Below, one piece after another: positions 48,700-62,304 of a stretch of DNA of 64,000 bases. Below the pieces are notes generated by a model, which worked only from the letters and a program-made list of their open reading frames with translations, did no database searches and was not told where the DNA came from. The first letter of the stretch is position 1. Every line of letters starts with the position of its first letter. The stretch is from Octopus bimaculoides (Eukaryota). Both the position numbers and the translations under genes were made by a program. Location: the NCBI RefSeq assembly GCF_001194135.2, contig NC_068993.1, positions 17,188,073 to 17,252,072 of the forward strand. Reading direction: 5' to 3'.

Positions 48700-48948
48700 C
48701 AGTGGCTCTTAACCAGGGTCCATATGACCATTGGAGGTCCATTCTAAGATTTTGCTGTTAAATTTTATGTGTAATAAATTGGTTATACTTCTACAATATA
48801 CAAAATATTTTTTTCATACAATTCCTAATATTTAATTATAAAAATATAAATAGGATTTTTTTAAACATAGAATGGTTATGAGAGTCCACCTGAGTGAAAT
48901 AAGGATAAAAGGAGTCCATAAGCAAAAAAACAGTTGAGAAAACCATTA
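48700..48948. mobile_element. hAT (Charlie-type) MITE 1
   Basis: CAGTGGCTCTTAAC...GTTGAGAAAACCATTA between 8-bp sites GTCTAAAG and GTCTAGAA (NTCTAGAN target preference). Confidence 0.7.
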
Positions 48949-48956
48949 GTCTAGAA

Positions 48957-49237
48957 CATGGATTTTCAAAGTGGGTGCTCCCCCCCCCCTTGGGTTGGCC
49001 TTGAGACAGTCCAGGTGGGCACTGGTGCCTAAGGGGGCGGTAGAGAAAAAGGAAGCAGTGGATTGGGGGACACAATGAATTTATTATATTATTATAGTAT
49101 TGTATAGAAATTATATAATATATTAAATATCAAATTAGTAAAATATAAAATATTTATTAATACATAAAAATAAGGGGAGCTGGGGGTATTATGTGGCCAT
49201 GAGGAGGGGGGTGGCCCAAAAAGTTTGAGAACCTCTA
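48957..49237. mobile_element. hAT (Charlie-type) MITE 2
   Basis: CATGGATTTTCAAA...TTTGAGAACCTCTA between GTCTAGAA and GTCTAGAG. Confidence 0.7.
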
Positions 49238-49702
49238 GTCTAGAGGGAGTAATTTATCCCCAACAAACCCTTTTACTGACAACTCAACAATCTTTTAAGG
49301 GCTAAGGGGACATATTTATGCACAGATAAATAGTGAAATTGTGTAAATTATCCACAGAATATGCTCAGTATTTGTATTTAAGTTTGTATATATTGTTTAA
49401 ACATAAATCATTACATCATCATTACTTTTAGTTTCTGAAAAAGCAAAATAGATGTGTTACTGGATATTGTTGTTGTTATTGTTTTGTAAATGTAGTGAGC
49501 TAGTGAAATCTTTAGCAAGTTAAGACAAAACACTTGGTGGCATTTCTCCTGGCTCTTTACGGTCTGAATTTACATCCCACTATGGTCTTATGGTCAACTT
49601 CGCCTTTCACCCTTCCAGAGTCAATAAAATAAGTACCAGTCAAGTACTGGAGTTAACGCCTTCTCCTCTCAAGACTGCTGGCTTTGTGTTAGAATTCATC
49701 AT

Positions 49703-50120
49703 CATCATCATTTAAGGTCCATTTCCCATGCTGGTATGGACTGGACAGCTTGACAGGAGCTGGCAAGACGAGGGGTCACACCAGGTTTTACAGTCTGTTT
49801 TGGCTTGGTTCCTACAGCTGGATGCCCTTCCTAATGGCAACCACTTTACAGAGTGTACTGAGTGCTTTTTACATTGCGGCACCATCAGTACTTTTTATGT
49901 GTTGCCAGCACCAGCGCTTTTAACATGGAACCAGTGCCAGTGTTCTTAATGTGGAACCACCATCAGTGCCTTTTATGTGACACCACCATCAGTGTTTTTA
50001 ACATGGCACTAACTCCAGTACTTTTAACATGGAACCAGCACCAGTGTTCTTCATGTGGCACCACCATCAGTGCCTTTAATGTCACACCAGCACCAGCACC
50101 AGTGCTTTTAACATGGCACC
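49703..50120 (-). repeat. RTE-type 3' UTR with expanded ~24-nt minisatellite
   Basis: About 9 imperfect units of (C)ACCAGCACCAGTGCTTTTAATGTGG after the shared UTR core. Confidence 0.75.
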
Positions 50121-50439
50121 AGAAGTATTATAATCATTATTTAATAAATGTGGGTGAGCTGGCAGAATCATTAGAGTATCAAAAAGTGCCTTGTAGCATT
50201 TCTTCCAGTACTTTACATTTTGGCTTCAAATCCAGCTGAGATCAACCTTACCTTCTACCCTTTCAAGGTCAATAAAATAAAAGTACCAGTCAAATATTGA
50301 GGTTGATGGAACTGAATAACACACTCCTCTCAAAAACTGTTGGCCTTCTGTCTAAATCAAAAACTATGATTATTGTTAAGGGATAGTGCCAATAACCATT
50401 TCAGTACCACCCAAAATGGTGAGTTCAACGTATTTGTAT

Positions 50440-50880
50440 GTTGATATACAATTTCATATTCAGTTTTCCCAGTAGATGTCAACATCTACAGGGAAAACAC
50501 AAGTCAGAAGAAATTTCAGAGGATCATAGTTCTGAGAGTGAGAAATGATTGGGTAAAACGTTGAGAGAGTTGTGGTTTGAGGCAGGGGAGAGCAGTATGC
50601 AGTTTGTTAATTCAGAAAACCAGAGATTGTTGCAGTAGGAGAAACAGAGAGAAGAAACAGTGCAGCTGAGTCCAGTAAACTGTAGCATGTTGTTGAGTGA
50701 GTCATTGCCAATCAGCCAAAATGGCCTTATTTTAGATGCAGTCTAGGATATGTGTGTGTGTAGCAGCAGCAGTACTGTCTCAGATATGTCAGCAGCACTT
50801 TAATATGGGTCATACACGAGCTTTGTAGTGGGTCAGCAACTGACTGAAGCTGAAGTATTTTATGTGAAGCTGCCATGAAA
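50440..50880 (-). mobile_element. Degenerate CR1/L2-group LINE 3' region
   Basis: Minus strand resembles QLLT.YKA.V.PILK...LDCI.NKAI.LIGN; a related plus-strand remnant lies at 58310-58570. Confidence 0.55.
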
Positions 50881-52695
50881 GAAAAACAGAGAGAAAGAGA
50901 AACCTAATATGCATGTTATTTAATGTTGTTAACGTTTAGCTTCCATTTTGAGTGATCAAGCAAAGGCATTCCAACCATGACTGTCATGTCCTTTTAAGGA
51001 TAACTAGGACTAAATTATCATTTATTTTTAAAGTTTCTAAAGACAATAGTGGAGTTGAAAGGTCTGGCTGTTATTTCTAGCAGGTCAACCAACCACCTTG
51101 TAGGCTTATGCTGTCCATGCACAGAGAGGGTGTGGTACAAGATTATTCCATTGATATGAGATTCTTTTGATACTGTTCAAGGAGATTGTATTGTCATGCT
51201 CATATTTTTACCAAACACACACAAATTCAATCAATGCAACATATTTTATATTTGTTTTTGTTTTTTAAACCTTATATTATTACTTTTAAATGTCTTAGAC
51301 TAAGTGGTTTTTTACTTTGTGTTTTTCTTTTCTTCCCTGTAAATTCAGCTTTATTCCATAGTTTGTGCTATTTTATATTACTCATATGATATTATTTCAA
51401 CTTAGAAACTAAACGCTATATAGCCACTAAATCCTGTCCACAAACTCAGTAATAATTACAACAAAAGGCACTGGAGTGGTGAGTTCAAATCCTATTGAGT
51501 TGAAACAATTTCATCACCTATACCTCTCTTCCTCGTAATATAGCTTTTTTAAATTCAACTAATATAAACGTTTTTGCATTACATTATAGCTGATAATAGT
51601 CAAAATATAATATTTAAATCAAAACAATTCTTACTCCTGGGCAAGGCACATAACTCTTGTTACCTCAGTTCCTGGATCACGCTAAATACGTCTCCTAATG
51701 GTTAGCAAGCAGTATTCCAATATTCAAATGGAAACTTTTTGCACCCTTCTTTCTGTGTATTATATATAATACACACACACATCCCTTTTTCTATGATTGT
51801 GTAAACTAGATGAATATATCATAGAGGTATCATTTTACAGCCAGATGCTCATTTTGTTGCTAACTCTTACTTGTTTACCAAGTAAGGGATCTCTTATTCC
51901 ACCTCTTCAAGGGTGAAAAGCCTGCAGATGATTTATAGACAGGAGAAATGACAATACCACTGTTAGTAGCTCAGGGATTTTCAGTGCAAATGCAAACAAA
52001 CACAACAGGCTTCTTTCAAATTTCCATTAATCAAATTCACTCACAATGCTTTGGTTGATCCTGGACAACAGTAGAATACATTTAACCCAAAGCACCATGC
52101 AGTGGGAGCTTAGTGATCACGCACACGTGTGTGTGTGTGTGTGCAAGTGGTTGCTTTCTGAGTGTCTTCACATCTGTAAGTAATATGTTCTGTAGCTCAA
52201 TGATGTCAATATGTGAAGGCTAGTGCAATAAAAATACCTTATAGTTCTAAAACAAGGGTTGGCAACAAAAAGGGCATCCAGCCATAGAATATTAACTTGA
52301 TATGTCTTGCTCAATACAGTACAGTAACAATAAAAGGCAAGATATTACCAGCAACGGTAATATCAGATATTACCAGCAACTGATACATGGGTCGAGTCCC
52401 AAAGGTAGATTGGTTTGTTTTTTCCATAAAATTGCTGCTTATAATGTTTAATAATACTTATGGTCCAAAATCTTATCAGTTATTTCATTCACATATATTA
52501 TTTTAATGCTCGCAAAAGCCAGGACAGATTTTCTACAGCATGATGCCTTTCCTGTCACTAACTCTTACCCGTTTTCAAGCAAGGTGGTATTAGCCCATAG
52601 CCAGACATGTTGCAGAATATTAGAAATGAATGACATTCATTTACCACATGTGATGCTAAGACAAGGAAACACACACACACATGCTTGTGTGTGAT

Positions 52696-52789
<94 letters not shown>

Positions 52790-54019
52790 CAAAAGGCTTC
52801 TTTCTACCAAATTCACTCACAACAGTTTGGGCAGTCTAGGGCTATAGTAGTAAACAGATACACACGGTGCTAAGCAGTGGGACTGAACCCTAAACCATGT
52901 GATTAGGCAAGCTTGGAATATGGACACTAAATGATGATGATCATCACCAGCAGAAATAATGGGTAATATTACCCCTCTGGTTTAACAGCAATGCTGCGTT
53001 CAAAAAAACATCACCTTGTTTGTATCATACAATACACATTCGACACTCCTAGTAAAAATAAATATAAGTTAGTTTATGTGTGTGTGTGTGTTTTAATTAA
53101 ATATGGCTTTATTGTAAAGCAGACTAATGATTGTTGCAGCTGTCATCATTAACAGAGTGCCACTGGTGCAGCAGTGTCGCAGCAAAGAGACTCAACACAT
53201 GCTGGCTGTACCCTCACACATTGCATATTTGCATATTTTCTATTTTTGTTTTCTAAAGAGATGAACCTTGATCTAACTTCAGTGAGATTTAAATTTATGA
53301 ATGATTTTTACAAGATAAAATAAATTATGTAGGAAATTGACCCTACCGAATTTCTAGACAGTCACTCAGTCTGCTAGAAACAGCAGTCCTTCAAATTACA
53401 CACTATTGTCTAAAAAAGAAGGAACATAATAGATGATGTGATCCTGGATACAAAATGTCAGAGAGAAAAAAATGTAATAGTCATGACTGGAATGCTTTTG
53501 ACCATGTCAGCTCAGTCAAACCAAATATCCTGGGCTCAACAACAAGTGGAACAACAGGCCAACGAAAGAACCTCTACCTGATATGCTAAAAATAACAGCC
53601 AAATTCCGCATGAATCACATCTTTTCATCTTAAAAAGGAAGGACTTTTGAATATCACAATCCTAGTTATAGTTTGTGAATGAAATTTGATAGTTAAAAAC
53701 TGTGCCCCTCATATATACAAGTGTGTGTGTGTGTGTGTGCATGCATACCATAATCATCATTTAATATCTGTTTCCCATGGTGTCATGTACTGAACAGTGA
53801 CAGGATCTCATGAGCTGCAGCGCCAACCACTTTACAGTGTAAATTGGATGCTTTTTTCGATGCCAATGGAACTAGTAAGGCTGTAAGAACTAGTATGACA
53901 AAAAGAACTGAAAAAGAAAAACATCCCCACTAACGGTGGGGGTGGGAAGCTTTATGTTAGATGCTGAGAGGCTGAAGAATGAGATATGTATGCGTTTGAC
54001 CGTTGACTGAACACTATTC

Positions 54020-54184
54020 AAATTTTTTTTCTCCGTGTTTTTCTCCTTGTCTCCGTATTCTTTCTGTTGAAGAGCGTAGCTCGAAACGTTAAAGACTTTC
54101 CGTATTCCCGAGCGTCAAACTAATACATGCTTTTGTTGTTTACACCACCTGTCCTCGTCTGTTGTTGTTTTTTCGTACATTCTC

Positions 54185-54185
<1 letters not shown>
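54020..54185 (+). mobile_element. Penelope-like terminal-repeat fragment
   Basis: T-rich body with an embedded minimal hammerhead and a (TA)n end; second copy at 5420-5530. Confidence 0.6.
54059..54095 (+). ncRNA. Minimal type I hammerhead motif (A6U variant, palindromic stem III)
   Basis: TCTTT-CTGTTGA-A-GAGC gta GCTC-GAAAC-GTT-AAAGA: 5-bp stem I, 4-bp stem II, loop-less ACGT stem III. Confidence 0.65.
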
Positions 54186-54224
<39 letters not shown>

Positions 54225-54825
54225 TCATAATCATCCTCATCATTTAATATCCGTTCTCCATGCTGGCATGGGTTGAATGCTTTGAAAGGAGCTGGCCAGT
54301 CACCATTTGTCTGTTTTGGCATGGTTTCTATGGTGAGATGCCCTCTCTAGTGCCAACCACTTTACAGTGCACTGGATGCTTTTACGTGAGACTAGTACAG
54401 GCACATTTATGTCACACCAGCATTGGTGCTTTTATGTGGAACCAGCGTCCAGGATCTCTTGACTGAGAGAGGGATGTAGAGGACATGCTTGTATGCATGA
54501 ACAGCCGTGATCTTACTTAAGTTGACATATCTTCTCAAGCACAGCAAACCACCAGAGAGATTTGTGTGTCTGTATCCATGTTTATGTTGTTATTTGAGTT
54601 ATGTCCCTTTGTGTTCTATAATTTAGTAGTTTGACAAATAGAGATCAATAAATTAAGTACCAGCCTGGAACAATACTGAAATCAATATGATCAACTGAAA
54701 CCTTTAATAAAATAGTGCAACTAACAAAACTTTAGGTTTTACAGAAGAGAAAATAAACGGGATTGTGGGACATTCATACTTTTCCTAAAATGAGCCAAAG
54801 AATCAAGCATGCATCATATGAGTGA

Positions 54826-54877
<52 letters not shown>

Positions 54878-55097
54878 CTTCCTCCTTGCCTTGACATCAT
54901 GTGATAATTGTAAATGAGTATCACCCTTTGCAATTGGTGTCCTTCATATCTAATCTTTTGTGAAAAATGCATCTGGTCATTGAGAACTATTGCCTTACTT
55001 AGAAACATGCAAAGGTTGGTAACAGGAAGGGCATCTAGCCTTAGAAAATCCACCTCAACAAATTCTGCCTGGCCTCCCGTGAGCATGGAAAAATGGA

Positions 55098-55131
<34 letters not shown>

Positions 55132-55973
55132 GTGATTGTGAATATTAGAAACATAATCATGAACATGACCTTTCTCCCAGTAAACCAAATCCATCTAATT
55201 CAGAAAATAAATTACAATAACTGCTTTACAGTAGGATGTAGTCTTAAAGACTAGTTATCCAGCTGTAGTTAATAATCTCAATGATTGCTGCTGCACCTCA
55301 AATATAGGATTAGAAATTTCACAGTGATTTTTCTCTCTGAAGCACAAGGCCCTGTTTTTGTAAGTGGGAGGGAGAAAATATTGATTTCTCACACTGGTGC
55401 AAAGCTGAAGGTTTACAGAGGTGTGGTGAGTGGGGTATAGCCAATTAAACTGGCTCAAGTGCATGACTTGAGTTATTTTATCAATCCTGAAACACAGAAG
55501 AACAAGTCTAGGTACTGAAAAGCACTTAGTTTGCACAACTGTTCCTGCCAACTGTCAGTCATGTTAGTAATAAACATGATGATGATTACTGAGATTGGCA
55601 CAAAGCCATACATTTGTGGAGAGGTGGAGGGTGAGGAGAACAAAGATGTGGTCAATCTAATCAATGCAAGTACTTGATTGGCATTTAATCATGGAAGGAT
55701 CAAACCAATGAACTAGTTTCTATGAAGTTGTTAGACCTGCAGCCAAATTCCTTTAAATCGCACCCTGCTGTTTTAAAAATAGACATATTAGACAATATTA
55801 ATTGAAGGGTCAGTCAATACATTTGAGTATCAAATATATGAGGGAAAAGATTGACAGTGACTTCAAAGTCTCACCACTGTTGGCATCATTAGATTGTCTG
55901 ATGAAGTCAACGGATAGCAAAACTTCGAAGTTACTATCAACCCTTTCCTTGTAATAATATATTAGATGCCGAA

Positions 55974-56190
55974 GGTGGCGAGCTGGCAAAATCGTTAGCA
56001 CGCCGGGCGAAATGCTTAGCAGTATTTCGTCTGTCTTTATGTTCAGAGTTCAAATTTCACCGAGGTCGACTTTGCCTTTCATCCTTTCAGGGTCAATAAA
56101 AGTACCAGTTGCATGCTGGGGACGATCTAATAAACTGGCCCCCTCCCCAAAAATTTCAGGCCTTGTGCCTAGAGTAGAAAAGAATATATT
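55974..56190 (+). mobile_element. SINE family C
   Basis: GGTGGCGAGCTGGCA head and GTCGACTTTGCCTTTCATCCTTTC domain as at 33115-33345. Confidence 0.85.
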
Positions 56191-56229
56191 AAATACCGAA
56201 GTGTTTGATATACCATACTTGAACAGAGA

Positions 56230-56622
56230 TGGGATGGTCATAACTGGAGTAACTCTGATCATTCGTCTGTCTCATCAATCAGGATTGAGAGATCTCCTTC
56301 GGTCATGACTGACCATGGGATTGCACCTAGAAAGTTACCCTCCCAGGCACAAGTCCAGGCAAGGTTGTTTATGGAAGACCAGCACTCGCCCATGCATACC
56401 AGCTTCCCTTCTCCACGCCACCAGTGTTATCCAAGGGAAAGGTAAAGGCCGATACAGCTTGGCACCAGTGACGTCGCAACTTGTTTTTACAGCTGAGTGA
56501 ACAGGAGCAACGTGAAATAAAGTGTCTTGCTCAAGAACACAACATGCAGCCTGGTCCGGGATTCGAACTCACAACCTCATGATCGTAAGCTCGACGCTCT
56601 AACCACTGAACCATGCACCTTC
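56230..56622 (-). mobile_element. SINE family B, near full length
   Basis: tRNA-like head (GGTTAGAGCG...GAGTTCGAATCCC on the minus strand) and the TTCTTGAGCAAGACACTT domain. Confidence 0.8.
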
Positions 56623-57957
56623 ACAATCAAGACTAACCCAGGACTAAATAAGAAGAACCAAGAAAGGATAGAAAACACAGCTGAGCCTGGCAGAAATTGA
56701 AATCACAATGTAAAGGAGTATACAATAGAGCATTTATGGTCACCTTAAGACAAATGACAAACAGTTAAGCTCAGTATCAATATAACAAAACCCTTTTAGC
56801 AAACACTGCAGAAAAATTTATCAACTGAATGACCTAATGCAATATATTCTATGGATGATGATCAAATGCTAGTGTTATATAAATTCTTAATTCTTTGTTT
56901 AACCCCCATACCAACTCCTACTGAATCAAAAACTATATACAAAAGGATCATTCTGACTTTGTTTCAGAGATAATGCTTCTTTCTCTTTATAAGCTTGTAA
57001 GGTCTGAATTGGAGATTTAGTGTCTATTTCTAACTGGTTGGACCATCCTGTAGAGGTCCCTCTCCCACTATCATGAACTGTTGCATTATAGCTTAATTTC
57101 CTTAATTACATATTTATTATGCTGAATGCCTGCAGAAGAGGGAGAGGGCTTTCAGAATGTTTAAGTGGGTGTAGTTAGAAATTTACATTACACATCTCTA
57201 TGAATTTCTTTCTCACTCCAGACAACGAAAATATTCCAATGCAATAGTTACAATTATAGTTCCACATCATATTTCAAACCTTGTGCCTATAGTAAAAAGG
57301 ATTATTATTATTGTTGTTGTTGTTGTTAATGTAGTGATTTATGTGTCCCATTAAATAATTAGATTCACAATACTAACTATTGAAAACATTAGTAATATAC
57401 AAAATAGATTTTTAAAATTCCTATAAAGAAAATTAAACCAGGGTTCCTAAAAGTGAAATAGAATATATGACCAGAGCTGCAAGGAATGGATGGGAAGAAA
57501 GATTTACCATAATTGAAAAGAAAAATGTTATTGAAAGGCCCATGTTGCTACGTACAAACAAATCATTTGAATTAGTAGGCAAGAAAGAAACTGGTTTAGT
57601 CTTTTATATTTGTATCGTAGAAAAGATTTGCAAAACTGCAGAAATAAATATTGCTGCTTAAAAACCAGGTCAATCTAAATCAAATAATCTTTTGATGAAG
57701 ACATTCCAGTGGTGACCATTCCATATATTTTTAATGTCCAATAAGTCCTTCCATTTTTTTCATAATGGTTGAATGGGAGAGCTATATCAGGAAGATTTGG
57801 CTGCCATTTCTAGCAAATTAACTGAACACATAAAAGCTCCTTCCTTAGCTTGGTGTAGATTCATTAAGTCATAATTAATTTCCAACCTTAGGAATAATAA
57901 TGTGGAGTTTAATTCTATAAGATGGCTCCCAAAAGAGCAAAATAAAATAATAAATAT

Positions 57958-58003
<46 letters not shown>

Positions 58004-58252
58004 AGCAAGCTGGCAGGATCGNNNNNNNNNNNNNNNNNNNNNNNNNNNNNNNNNNNNNNNNNNNNNNNNNNNNNNNNNNNNNNNNNNNNNNNNNNNNNNN
58101 NNNNNNNNNNNNNNNNNNNNNNNNNNNNNNNNNNNNNCCTTTCATCCTTCTGAGATCAGTTAAAAAAAAAAAGGACCAGTCAAACACTGGGATCAATGTA
58201 ATTAACTAATCCCCTTCCTCAAATGTCAGGTCTTGTGCCTATATCAGAAACA

Positions 58253-58296
<44 letters not shown>

Positions 58297-58309
58297 AGCA
58301 AGCTGGCAG

Positions 58310-58570
58310 GATCGTTGCCTATTCTGTTACTACTACAACTGTCTCTGTCCCATGGAACTAGCTGCATGTAGATGCATACCACCTCCATCCAGGACCACCC
58401 AAAACAAACCTGCCTTCTCTTGTCAGCTGACATTGTGAATTACTTTCTCAGGTACTACATTAATCGCTTTAGTCAAACCTCCCACCTCAGAGAGTCTCGC
58501 CCACTGGAATTCTTTTTCCCCAGACATCAACTGAACATCAACCTACTTAATCAATAATCTCACCTGTCAT
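58310..58570 (+). mobile_element. Degenerate CR1/L2-group LINE 3' end
   Basis: LFCYYYNCLCPMELAA...PPPSRTT resembles the LFYRYY.G.CS.EL...RSTR terminal motif. Confidence 0.55.
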
Positions 58571-59076
58571 AGAGGCCTGTGAAGGTCAAGGTTACTGGTT
58601 CGTTATTTCTGACTAAACAGTAAAAAGAAAATGCTGCTTGAGGATGACATCCTCATACTATCACCATCATCATCATCGTTTTAATGTCAACATTTTCCAT
58701 GCTTGCATGAGTCAGGTGGAGTTGTATTGAGGCAGATTTTCTATGGATGGATGCCCTTCCTCACCTGTTTCAAAGCAAGGGGGTCAGACATTTCACATTG
58801 AATACTGGAAATAAATGACACTATTTGTATGAAAGTGACACTGGTTTACAACTATCATGTGATGTTTAGACAATGACACCACACATATCATCATCATCAT
58901 CAGCATCATTTAATGTCCGTTTTCCATGCTGGCATGGTTTGGACAGTTTGACTAGGCTCCCTTGTCTGTTTCGGTTTTAGTTTCTACTGCTGGATGCCCT
59001 TCCTAAGACCAACTACTCTACAGAGAGTACAGGTGCTTTTTATGTGGCATCAGTGCTCTTAACCTGGCACCAGTAA

Positions 59077-59107
<31 letters not shown>

Positions 59108-59819
59108 ACAGGCTTCTTTCAGTTTCTCTTTGCCAGATTTACTCATAAGGCATTGGTCAACCCAAAGCTATTATAGTACAAGACACTTGCTCGAGGTTCC
59201 ATGCAATAGGACTGAATTTGTAATCATATGGTTGAGAAGCAAACTTCATAATTATATGGCGCTGCTTAGATATGATATTATCATAATGTGGCCACATATT
59301 CATACTTTAAACAATGTGTTATTCAGGCCACATTGGAGATATGCCTACACCATACTCTTATGTAGTGGAGTAACCAGGAAAAGAAATATCTATCATGAAA
59401 ACCCCTTTTTTTGAGAGCAACTTGTTTGAGATCTCATAATATAAATGCTGTCCTTGCATGCAGGCATGTCCCCTACAGCCTTCCTTAGCTGAGTGATACA
59501 AACCTTGCAGGTTCATGGGTGCTGGTGCCATGTAAAAAGCACCCATGTCAATGCTGCAAAAAGGGCACCTGTGCCAATGCTATGTAAAAGCCCCCTGCCA
59601 TTGCCACATAAAAGCACCCAGTACACTCTGTAGAGTGGTTGGTGTTAGGAATAGCATCCAGCTATAGAAACCATGCTAAAACAGATATAGAGCCCAGGCA
59701 GTTCTTCATCAGGCTAGCTTCTGTCAAGTTGTTCAATCCATGGAAAACAGAGGATGAATGATGATGGTGTGAAATTTCAGTTGATAATGCCAATATTACA
59801 CACACACACACATTATGTA

Positions 59820-60120
59820 TATGTATATAAAGTTCCAAAAGTTAGCGAGAAGATCAGGCAAAGACGGATGTGACTATCTGGTAACTGCATGCACCACCCT
59901 GAACTGGAAGCACCCAAATTAGTCTTGTGGCACCCACTTCATAATGATGTAAGAAGAGGAAAATGTCATCACACTTACATCGACAACTTAATTGCAGACA
60001 CTGGCCTGGCCTGGAATGTATCCAAGATCTTGAGGCAGTGATGATGAACCGAGAAGTGTGGACTTCGTTGCTGTGGCCCGGGTTGGAACCTGGCCATAAT
60101 AATAATAATAATAATTGAAA
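59820..60120 (+). mobile_element. Degenerate RTE LINE 3' end with (TAA)n tail
   Basis: HHPELEAPKLVLW.P...RRG...TYIDNLIADTGL...MNREVW. Confidence 0.6.
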
Positions 60121-61666
60121 ATTAATTGAAACACATAGGCTTGGCTTGTTAGAAATATAGTTATGAAAGAATTACCAAAAACAATTTTAAAAAAAGAACA
60201 TAGAATTGGCAACAATGGTGGCTTGTATCAAGGAAATCCTATAAGAAACCCATTTTATTCTAATGTCCTGAGAGAGAAGTTAATAACTTTAGCCTAGCCA
60301 ATCCAACACTCAGTCACATAGAAGTATGTAAATGCTTTCATAAAACAAAAGCACACAGCATACAGGATTTTAAAGTCAGTGACTATTCATTACTCATTAG
60401 GAAAATCAACCGAATTTTCAGTGTTGTGTTATTCCCTGAATGGTAGGATTATTATACATAGATAGTTTAAATGTTTATAAAATAAACAAATTTCCCCCTA
60501 TTTTTTTTTTTATATTATTTCTTTTTCTTTATTTTATTCATTTCAGTCACTGGACTTCAGCCATGCTGGGACACCATCCAGAGGGTTTTAGTCAAACAAA
60601 TTGCCCCACAGGACTTACTTTTTTTTTTTAAAGGCTGGTACTATTCTATTGGTCTTTTTTACCAAACCATTAAGCTATGGGGACATAAACAAACCAACAA
60701 CAGTTGTCACTTGGTGGGAGGAGGATATCAAACACAGAACACACACACACACACACACACACATGGTGGGCTTCCACAAAGCTTCTGTCTACCAAATTCA
60801 CTCCAGAACATTGACCGGCCTTGCTTCAGTAGAAGACACATGCTCGACATGCCACATTTTGAGATTGAACCCACACAGCCCTGCCTCCATCTATGTTACA
60901 ATTTTTCTTTTTCAATCTGCCATGTCCAATCATGCTGGCACCATGTTAAAAGCACTGGAGTTAATGCCACATTAAAAGCACTGTGCTGGTGCCAGTTTAT
61001 GTGGCACCAGCACAGTGCACTCAATAAAGTTAGGAAGGACATCCAGCTGTATAAACCATGCCAAAACAGACAACAGAACCTGGTGCAGACCCTGGTCTTA
61101 CTAGCTCCTGTCAAACTGTCTAACCCATGTCAACATGGAAAATGAACCTTGAATGATGATGTTTGATCCAGGCATTAATTACACAAATCTGGATTTTTGG
61201 AGCACATGTTGTCATTTCACTCCAAGACTGCCCTGTTTCAACAAAATTATGATCAAAGGTGTTCCAACAAAGAGAGCATTTTATCTCTTTGTATATTTAG
61301 GTCTACACTGTCCAATGTGTTCTTGTTATTTTAAAGACAGCATGATGTGATTTGATAAGATTTATCTGTTATTTCTAGCAAGTTGTGTGACTATATAAAA
61401 GTTCCTTTGTTGGCTGACAATTCCTAGATTTTATTACAACCATGAAGTAACAACAATGTTGGCTATTGCAGAAATAAATTAACGAAGAAAGCTTAACCAG
61501 GCAAGGCTGTATGGTAATAAGCTTGATTCCCAGTCACACGGTTCTGGGTTCAGTCCCACAGTGTGGCACCTTGGGCAAGCATCTTCTACTATAGCTTCAG
61601 GCCAATCAAAACCTTTTGTGAGTAGATGTGGTAGGCAGAAATTGAAAGAAGCCCATTGTATATCTA

Positions 61667-61778
61667 AAGGGTGGGCCAGAATTCATGACTCACTTATTAT
61701 ATTTATTAATACATTAATATTTATTAATAAGCATATTAAGAAATATAACTAATGAGTCATGAATTCTGGCCCACCCTA
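61667..61778. mobile_element. 112-bp Tc1/mariner-type MITE inside a family A SINE
   Basis: Perfect 25-bp TIR AGGGTGGGCCAGAATTCATGACTCA (61668-61692 / 61753-61777), TA on both sides, AT-only spacer; the host SINE spans ~61495-61990 (+). Confidence 0.85.
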
Positions 61779-62304
61779 TATATATATCTGTGTGCGCCTT
61801 TGTGTCTGTTTGTCCACCACCACTTGACAACTGGTGTTAGTTTGTTTACATTCCCGTAACTTAATTATTTGGTAGAAGAGACTGATAGAATAAGTTACCA
61901 GACTTAAAAAGAAAATGAAAGGACTGGGGTCGATTTATTTGACTAAAAATTCTTCAAGGCTGTAGTCTAGTGACAGAAACAAGTAAAAGAAAAAACATAA
62001 ATAAAACAAAGAAAGAAATATTAGTGCTTAGGTATGTTTGGAATTATCGACATCATGTTACATTTGCCTTCCATGCTGATGTAGGTTATACAGGTCATCA
62101 CACACCGAGTCAGCCCTTATTCAGAGTTACTGTCCTCCTTTAAGGGTCAAGGGACTACATCTCACTCATACATTCCATTCTGCCATGGTTTCTACACCTT
62201 AATGTCCTTCTTGATTCTAACCACTTTACAACATGCACAGCATGCATTTTATCATGGCACATGAAGAGGATGTCATGTCATCATCACTATCATCATCGTT
62301 TTAA

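Noticed and set aside
49870-50120. Regularly spaced ~24-nt repeats suggestive of a CRISPR array
   Set aside because: Units are contiguous and degenerate with no unique spacers, embedded in an RTE 3' UTR in a eukaryote; no cas genes.
55297-55486. Possible minus-strand coding exon (IDKITQVMHLSQFNWLYP...)
   Set aside because: Good acceptor but weak donor, no recognisable protein similarity and no compatible neighbouring exons.
57960-58315. Duplicated (ATT)n-ACAGCAAGCTGGCAGGATCG on both sides of a gap
   Set aside because: Most simply an assembly artefact at a microsatellite; cannot be verified here.
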